From Vulcanimicrobiota bacterium (GTDB lineage Bacteria > Vulcanimicrobiota > Vulcanimicrobiia > Vulcanimicrobiales > Vulcanimicrobiaceae), in the NCBI GenBank assembly GCA_963795855.1, contig CAWCIZ010000003.1:608001-672000 (forward strand): a DNA stretch of 64,000 bases. Direction: 5' to 3'. The position numbers were made by a program, and so were the translations under genes. Shown in pieces: positions 58,335 to 64,000 of the stretch (its first letter is position 1; every line of letters begins with the position of its first letter). The notes below the pieces were generated by a model that was given only the letters and a program-made list of their open reading frames with translations, ran no database searches and was not told the DNA's origin.

Positions 58335-59135
58335 ATGCTGTCGATACTTTTTGCGCTCTTGACGATGGGGCCCGCGGCTCAGGCGGCGAAGCCGCAAGTG
58401 ATGATCGTCGGCGTTGCGCATCTTCAAGCCAAGCGCGACCTGCATAATGCAACCTGGGGCCGAGACGTTTTCGACCCGCAAATGCAGACGCAAATTCGAA
58501 CGATCGTTGCGCGCTTAGCGCGGTTCAAGCCCACCAAAGTGATGATTGAGGCGGAAGCGACGAATCCCGTCTACGTTCAGCGCTATGCGTCGTACCTTCG
58601 CGGTACGTATCAACTCGGCCCAAACGAAGACGACCAGTTCGGCTACCGCTTGGCAAAAATCGCTGGGCTGCGGTCGATAGACCCGATCGATTCCATCGGC
58701 TCGTTTCCGTTCGACTACGACAAACTCCAGGCCGCGGCGGCGGCGTACGGCGAGAAGCCTGCATTCGATAGCGCGAATGCGGGGCTGCAATCCTTAGTCG
58801 ACCGGTCAAACGCGTTGGAACGTGAGAGCCGCCTCGTGGACCTCCTTGAGTATCTCAATACCCCCGAGGCGCTGCGTCTCAATGCGGCCTGGTATCTGGA
58901 CATGGCCGCGATCGGGAACCCGCCGAACAATTACGCCGGTGCGGAACTCGCTGCGTATTGGTACGCGCGGAATTTGAACATCTTCGCAAACATCACGAAC
59001 GGCTTGCGTCCGGGCGACCGCGCCATCGTGTTCATCGGCCAAGGGCATGCGGCGATGCTGCGGCCGATGCTCGACAACTGCAACATCGTTGAAGACCTCG
59101 ATCCGCTGCCCTTTCTGCGCGGCACAGGGATGTAA
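58335..59135 (+). CDS. DUF5694-like secreted protein
   Basis: VMIVGVAH, FKPTKV.IE, NE..Q.G.RLA, WYARNL.IF.NI, IGQGH, recalled family pattern. Confidence 0.75.
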   Translation: MLSILFALLTMGPAAQAAKPQVMIVGVAHLQAKRDLHNATWGRDVFDPQMQTQIRTIVARLARFKPTKVMIEAEATNPVYVQRYASYLRGTYQLGPNEDDQFGYRLAKIAGLRSIDPIDSIGSFPFDYDKLQAAAAAYGEKPAFDSANAGLQSLVDRSNALERESRLVDLLEYLNTPEALRLNAAWYLDMAAIGNPPNNYAGAELAAYWYARNLNIFANITNGLRPGDRAIVFIGQGHAAMLRPMLDNCNIVEDLDPLPFLRGTGM

Positions 59136-59154
59136 AGTGGGCCTGGCGTTCGTG

Positions 59155-59178
59155 GACTAAGTCTGATAAACTAAGTCT
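59155..59178 (+). promoter_or_regulatory. Probable TA operator and -10 element
   Basis: ACTAAGTCT occurs twice (59156-59164, 59170-59178), the first within the palindrome GACTAAGTC. TAAACT lies 6 nt before the ATG. Confidence 0.6.
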
Positions 59179-59415
59179 ATGAAGATCGTGAACATGCACG
59201 AGGCAAAGACGCACCTTTCCGCTCTCGTGCGGGACCTGCGCGATGGCGCAGAGGCAGAAATAGTCATCGCCTTGGCCGGGGAGCCTGCTGCGAAGCTGGT
59301 CCCAGTGGACGTCCCCGCGTCTCGTCAACTTGGGCCCGATCGCGGCCTCATTTCAATTGCCTCCGACTTTGACCGAGTCGACGCCGACATCACAGCGCTG
59401 TTCGAAGACGCGTAG
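59179..59415 (+). CDS. Phd/YefM-type antitoxin
   Basis: VNMHEAKTHLS.L...EIVIA..GEP.AKLVP. Confidence 0.9.
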   Translation: MKIVNMHEAKTHLSALVRDLRDGAEAEIVIALAGEPAAKLVPVDVPASRQLGPDRGLISIASDFDRVDADITALFEDA

Positions 59416-59804
59416 TGCGCCTGCTGCTTGATACCCATGCGTTTCTGTGGGCCGCTGCATCCCCTGAGGATCTCCATGAAAGCGCACGCACTGCTATCGC
59501 GAATAGCGCTAATGAGATCTATGTGTCCGCCGCAGTCGCTTGGGAAATTGCAATAAAATCGGCTCTCGGCAAGCTCGTCGTGCCGAGCGACCCGCCGGCA
59601 TGGTTTCCCGCGCGCGTACGTTCCCTGGGTTTTCAATCGCTTCCGATTCAGGCCGAGCATGCTCTCGCAGTCGTCGCCCTTCCTGATTTGCATCGCGATC
59701 CATTCGATCGAATCATGATTGCGCAAGCGCAGCTCGAAGGGTTGCTCTTGGTAACGCGAGATCCGAACATCCGAAAATACTCGGTGAATATTCTTCCCGC
59801 GTAA
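59415..59804 (+). CDS. vapC: PIN-domain VapC-type toxin
   Basis: LLDTHAFLW, S...WEIAIK, HRDPFDR..IAQA, LVTRD; coupled to the antitoxin. Confidence 0.92.
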   Translation: MRLLLDTHAFLWAAASPEDLHESARTAIANSANEIYVSAAVAWEIAIKSALGKLVVPSDPPAWFPARVRSLGFQSLPIQAEHALAVVALPDLHRDPFDRIMIAQAQLEGLLLVTRDPNIRKYSVNILPA

Positions 59805-59845
59805 AAAAATGAGGGTGCGGCCAACGTAGCCGCACCCTCGATTTT
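59803..59845. terminator. Bidirectional intrinsic terminator
   Basis: A-tract, stem GAGGGTGCGGC / GCCGCACCCTC, then a T-tract, between convergent genes. Confidence 0.85.
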
Positions 59846-59854
59846 CATGCGAGA

Positions 59855-61690
59855 TTACGAGCAGGGACCGCCGGTCTGACTCGTGAGTTGGTTGTTCTTC
59901 GAGCGAACCGTCTTGTTCCAGCAATAGCCGCTGCTGGTATGCGCCGTGTACGTTTGGCTGCTGCTTCCGTTCGACGGCGCGTATCCGCCCGCAGCGAAGA
60001 AGGTCAGCGTATCGGTTGAGGTCACCGTGTTGGATACTTGCGAACTGAACGGCTTACCATCGCCCGCGACGTGCGCCATGCGGTTTTCGATCTTGCCCTG
60101 ATTTACCGTGGTCAGCTGCGTGGCGCTGCCGTCGGGATTCGCAGTGTAATCGTAGATCAGGCCCAGCGGCCACGTCTTGTCAGCATGCACCCATGACCGG
60201 TTGCCGTGCGCGGACGTGGTCGTGGTATCCGATGTGATCTGCGTATTCTGCTTGATGTTTTGATCGTAAACTGCACCATTGCCCGTAATGTTAACCTGCT
60301 GCGCGTTGACGAACGAGATCTCCTGATGCACCTGCGTTTCCACGCGTCCGTCCGCGGTATTGATGTATCCGTCAATCGATACCGGGTGCGATGCTTTGAT
60401 CGTGACCGCTCCGGTTCCATTTCCTTGCGAATCGATCTTCACGTTGTTGATGAGCGAAACCGACGGCTGTGCCGGCGTCGAGTTGCTGATGATGCCACCC
60501 GTAATTTGTTTCACGTTCGGGTCGACATACACCAGCAGCGCGCCGTTCGCGGCGAAGTAATTGCCGTTGTTGAACACGTTCACCGTGATCGTGTGCGGCT
60601 GGCCGTTGCTGAGCAGCGCTGCAAACGGCGTCAGGTTCACGCGATACGGCTTGAAGTTCAGCGTCTCCACGCCGGGAATAGGACGCCAGAGATACGGATC
60701 GATGCCGCCCGTGTAAATCCACGGGTACACCGGCGCGACGCCGGCGGGCTGTCCGTCGATGGCGACGTCGCCCTCGCGGAACGCAGTGTTGCCGCAATTG
60801 TTGAGTGCCGCCGCCAGGTCGTTCGGGAAGCACGTGTACCAGAACTCATCGCCGCCCTGCGACTGCAAAAAGACGTCGAGGTACGCTGCGCGCACGTTGG
60901 TCGGCAGCGTGTACGTGGCGGTCAACGGCTGGGACGGGCTCGAGATGTATTGGTTGTCGCCTTGCGGGCCGCCCGAAAGCGGATAGACCGCATCGGGAAC
61001 CGGCGGCGCCGGATGCTGCGCGTTCGCGGGATAGAACGCGAGCGTCGCACTTGCGGAGATGATGCCGGTATACGTGCTGTTCACGAGGTTGCCGAGCACG
61101 ACGAGCCCGGTCGAAGGATTGCGCAGCACCGCGCTCAGATCGGTAACGTCGCGCTCGACGTGCCACGACGGCGAAACGGTGCTCGACGGCTCGGCCGTCG
61201 TTCCGAAATAGACGTTCGTGCCGCCGATCCACACCGATGCGGTGCGATCGTACTGGCGTCCGGCCGTAACGTTGAAATCTGCGCTGAATACCACTTTGGC
61301 CCACGGGCCGGGGCAGCTCGCCGGCGGCGCGTAGGGGAACGTCGGCGAGGTGAAGTTCGTAAACTGGAAGTCGGAAAATGACTGCACCACGCACGGAGAT
61401 TCGTTCGGGCGCGGCACCGGCGGATCGGCGGTAACGACGGCCGGCGAAGTATTGGATGCGGTCATCGCTTGACGCATCGTGCTCGCGCTTGCGCGGTCGG
61501 CGCTGCGTTCGATGCGCATTGACGCGCCGCTCGCGGACTCTGACGATGCGGTACGCGCGCCGCCTTTCGTTTGCGGCAATACACCGTTTCCGGAACTTGC
61601 GCCATGCCCGCTGCATGCGCTTGCGAAAAGTGCTAAGGAGATTGCGGCGAACGCTCGGAGGCGCAAAGTCGTACAGGAACTCACGGACAC
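59855..61690 (-). CDS. Peptide-N4-asparagine amidase (PNGase A / acid PNGase family), lipoprotein
   Basis: Lipobox ASAC, GRQYDR, TAEP, DEFWYTC, FRE..V.IDG..AG, PWIYTGGIDPYLWRPI. Confidence 0.9.
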   Translation of the reverse strand: MSVSSCTTLRLRAFAAISLALFASACSGHGASSGNGVLPQTKGGARTASSESASGASMRIERSADRASASTMRQAMTASNTSPAVVTADPPVPRPNESPCVVQSFSDFQFTNFTSPTFPYAPPASCPGPWAKVVFSADFNVTAGRQYDRTASVWIGGTNVYFGTTAEPSSTVSPSWHVERDVTDLSAVLRNPSTGLVVLGNLVNSTYTGIISASATLAFYPANAQHPAPPVPDAVYPLSGGPQGDNQYISSPSQPLTATYTLPTNVRAAYLDVFLQSQGGDEFWYTCFPNDLAAALNNCGNTAFREGDVAIDGQPAGVAPVYPWIYTGGIDPYLWRPIPGVETLNFKPYRVNLTPFAALLSNGQPHTITVNVFNNGNYFAANGALLVYVDPNVKQITGGIISNSTPAQPSVSLINNVKIDSQGNGTGAVTIKASHPVSIDGYINTADGRVETQVHQEISFVNAQQVNITGNGAVYDQNIKQNTQITSDTTTTSAHGNRSWVHADKTWPLGLIYDYTANPDGSATQLTTVNQGKIENRMAHVAGDGKPFSSQVSNTVTSTDTLTFFAAGGYAPSNGSSSQTYTAHTSSGYCWNKTVRSKNNQLTSQTGGPCS

Positions 61691-61770
61691 CCTCCAACGG
61701 AATGGAAGCTGGCAAGACCGCGTTCGTTCGCGTTCGTCGCGCTATTCCGTTGGGGGCACGCGCCCGCTTG

Positions 61771-61995
61771 CTACGGGCCGAACTTGACGTTGTTGGGCGT
61801 TGCGATTCGGGTGATGTCGCTCACGATGGCGTGTGCACGGATCTGCTGCCCCTGTTGGTACGCGCGGCGAGCACTCCGGCGCAAGCCATCGGTCTGAGCG
61901 GCCACGATCAGCAGCAGAATCGCGAATGCGGGCAGAAACGAGAACCACAGTGCGACCGCTTCGAGGAACCAGTTGTGCGAATGATGCGTAAACAT
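61771..61995 (-). CDS. Small single-TM protein (74 aa)
   Basis: GAGGA RBS and ATG at 61995; one hydrophobic segment. It appears fused to the upstream ORF only because of a frameshift. Confidence 0.55.
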   Translation of the reverse strand: MFTHHSHNWFLEAVALWFSFLPAFAILLLIVAAQTDGLRRSARRAYQQGQQIRAHAIVSDITRIATPNNVKFGP

Positions 61996-62006
61996 TTTCG
62001 CGATCC

Positions 62007-62670
62007 TCAGTGCTGCTCGAACACGACGTCGTTTATTGCGACATTCGTTTGATAGACTGTCGTAATCGGCATCGGCCACGGCACGAACGTGCGGAATGTG
62101 AATGTCCGCATGCTGAGACGCGATGACGGTGAACGCGCCTTCGGACTTGTACGACTGCGTCATCGTGATCGAACCGCCGTTCACGTACTTCCATTCCATG
62201 CGCACGATTGCGTAGGACGCCGGATCGACGAAGGCGTCTTCCTCGCGCACGTTTGACGGCGTTTTCTTCGTCATCTGCAGTTCGAGCAGCGGCGTGTTGT
62301 CGACGTTTTGAACTCCGGCGCATGTGACGTTCCAGTCGCGCTCCCAAGATGCGGGATCCGCAATGTCGGCGAACACGTGTTTTAAGCCGCTCGCATAGCC
62401 CGGAACTCGATCGAAGACGACTTCGTAGTTGTTCGGACGTTTGAAATAAGAAGTGCCGTCCAAGTGCAGACCGAGGAACGGAAAGTTCAACATCCGTACG
62501 CGCACGTGCACTCTGGCCTGGAAACTGAGCAGCGAGGGGTTGCGCTGCAGAACCTGCCGGAGCACCGTTTGGGCGTCGGTGGGAGCCGGCGTCTGCGCCG
62601 GTGCCTCGCCTTGGGCGGCGAGGATGATGAGTGCGGCCAATCGGGCGGCCGTCAGATATTGCTGTTTCAT
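62007..62670 (-). CDS. Secreted LolA-like beta-rich protein, frameshift near 62055
   Basis: Signal peptide, SFQA, YFKRPN, VDP....I.RME. The shifted frame gives YQTNVAINDVVFEQH*. Confidence 0.65.
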
Positions 62671-62740
62671 GCGGCCAGCGTAGCGAGCCGCGCGTCCGGT
62701 CGGCGTCCGGTGAACGTCCGGCGTCTACGCCGGTTTTACC

Positions 62741-63028
62741 TCAGAATGTTTCGCGGATGTCGAACGTGTGCTGGAGCTGCGCAGCCTCGATGAGCGTGCG
62801 CGCTGCGGGCGATGGGCGGAGTAGGACCAGCGGCGTGAGGCCGGCTTCTTTACGAGCGCGTTGGAAGCGGACGAGCGAGCGCACCGCAGACGTGTCGATG
62901 CTCTGCACGCCTGCGAGATCGAATGCCAGCGGCTCCATATCGCCGTACTTGTCGAGTAGGTGGTCGAGCTCTTCCCGTCGCGTGACGTCGTATTCGCCCT
63001 GCAGATTCACAATCGTCGGATCGCACAC
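62741..63028 (-). CDS. STAS domain protein
   Basis: LQGEYD, FDLAGVQSIDTSA, L..PSPAARTLIE..L..F.I. Start approximate. Confidence 0.78.
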   Translation of the reverse strand: MCDPTIVNLQGEYDVTRREELDHLLDKYGDMEPLAFDLAGVQSIDTSAVRSLVRFQRARKEAGLTPLVLLRPSPAARTLIEAAQLQHTFDIRETF

Positions 63029-63113
63029 ACTTGCTATTTTTTGCACGCAACGGGCCTGCGTCAAGCATCTAGCGGCAGGTTCGTCACCGCCGCAGCACAA
63101 ATCGCGCACGTCG

Positions 63114-64000
63114 ATGCGAGACGACAAACGCGCGGTTGCATTCATTGCCTTAGCGGGGCTCGCACTATTGTGGGGATACAATTGGGTCGTGATGAAAATT
63201 GCGGTGCAGTATGCACCGCCGATTGGATTTGCGGCGATGCGCCTGCTCCTCGGCGCGCTCGTCCTATTTGCGGTAATGCTCCTTCTGCGCAAATCGTTGC
63301 GCCCGCAGGCACCCCTCGCATTCGTGTGGATCGGGTTGTTTCAATCGACGCTCTTCGTCGGACTGGCGACGTGGGCGGTTTTGCTCTCCGGCGCGGGAAA
63401 AGTTGCGGTGCTTTCTTACACCATGCCGCTGTGGGTCGCTATTGCCGGCGGCCCGTTTCTGGGTGAAAAACTTCGCAAAACGCAGATCGCCGCGCTGGCC
63501 GTCGCGATCGCCGGCATCGTCATGATGTTAGGCTTGTGGCAAGCGCACGCGTCGCTGTTTGCGGACGGTTTGGCGCTGCTCTCCGGCGTATCGTGGGCAG
63601 TCGGCGTGATCGTCACCAAACGCTTGCAGCAGGCGCGCAGCATCGACGTTCTGAGCCTAACGACATGGCAGATGCTTTTCGGCGGCATTGCGCTCGGCAT
63701 TGCTGCGCTGATCGTTCCGGAACACGCCACGCACTGGACGCCGGCTTACATCGGCGCGTTGGCGTACAACGTACTCGGCGCAACGGCGCTTGCGTACGTG
63801 CTATGGATCTTCGTGCTGCAGCGTTTGCCGGCACGCGATGCCAGCATGGGAACGCTGGCGAATCCCATCATCGGCATCGTCGCGGCATGGCTGCAATTGG
63901 GCGAAACGCCGAATATCTACGAAGCGACCGGGATGGGGCTGGTGGTCGTCGCGTTAGCCGCGCTTGCGCTGCAGCAGCAGGGAGTTGCCCACCACAAATA
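63114..64000 (+). CDS. EamA/DMT family transporter (reaches the window edge)
   Basis: Not in the ORF track. Reads MRDDKRAVAFIALAGLALLWGYNWVVMKIAV..PP..FAAMR, YTMPLW, FLGEK, LGE; about ten TMs. Confidence 0.9.
   Translation, partial: MRDDKRAVAFIALAGLALLWGYNWVVMKIAVQYAPPIGFAAMRLLLGALVLFAVMLLLRKSLRPQAPLAFVWIGLFQSTLFVGLATWAVLLSGAGKVAVLSYTMPLWVAIAGGPFLGEKLRKTQIAALAVAIAGIVMMLGLWQAHASLFADGLALLSGVSWAVGVIVTKRLQQARSIDVLSLTTWQMLFGGIALGIAALIVPEHATHWTPAYIGALAYNVLGATALAYVLWIFVLQRLPARDASMGTLANPIIGIVAAWLQLGETPNIYEATGMGLVVVALAALALQQQGVAHHK

Overview
A GC-rich bacterial chromosome segment. The protein style (S53 lipoproteins, solo STAS proteins, a MalT-like LuxR regulator, a LolA-like protein) suggests Candidatus Eremiobacterota/Vulcanimicrobiota; this is inference only. 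The core backbone carries a split B12-dependent acyl-CoA mutase, gltX, glmU, prs-rplY-pth, uvrB, uvrA, ligA, nnr, acpS, birA, ndk, eno, tRNA-Ile2(CAT) and tRNA-Glu(TTC). Accessory content includes: (i) a tightly packed minus-strand run of TPR/ATP-grasp protein, PLP decarboxylase, STAND-LuxR regulator and S53 peptidase; (ii) a wHTH + 2x DUF5985-like membrane trio; (iii) an apparently split chemoreceptor; (iv) an integrase-less ~3.5 kb islet in tRNA-Glu, bounded by a 29-bp att repeat, carrying a Mesh1-like HD hydrolase and a NucS-like nuclease; (v) a protein/glycoprotein scavenging set (S53 and S9 peptidases, PNGase A-family amidase, GH38 mannosidase, peptide-binding protein); (vi) a VapBC toxin-antitoxin pair. 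About nine single-base frameshifts, one in the normally essential acpS, most likely reflect sequencing indel errors. No CRISPR array, rRNA, integrase or transposase was seen. All calls come from motif recognition by eye; no searches were run.
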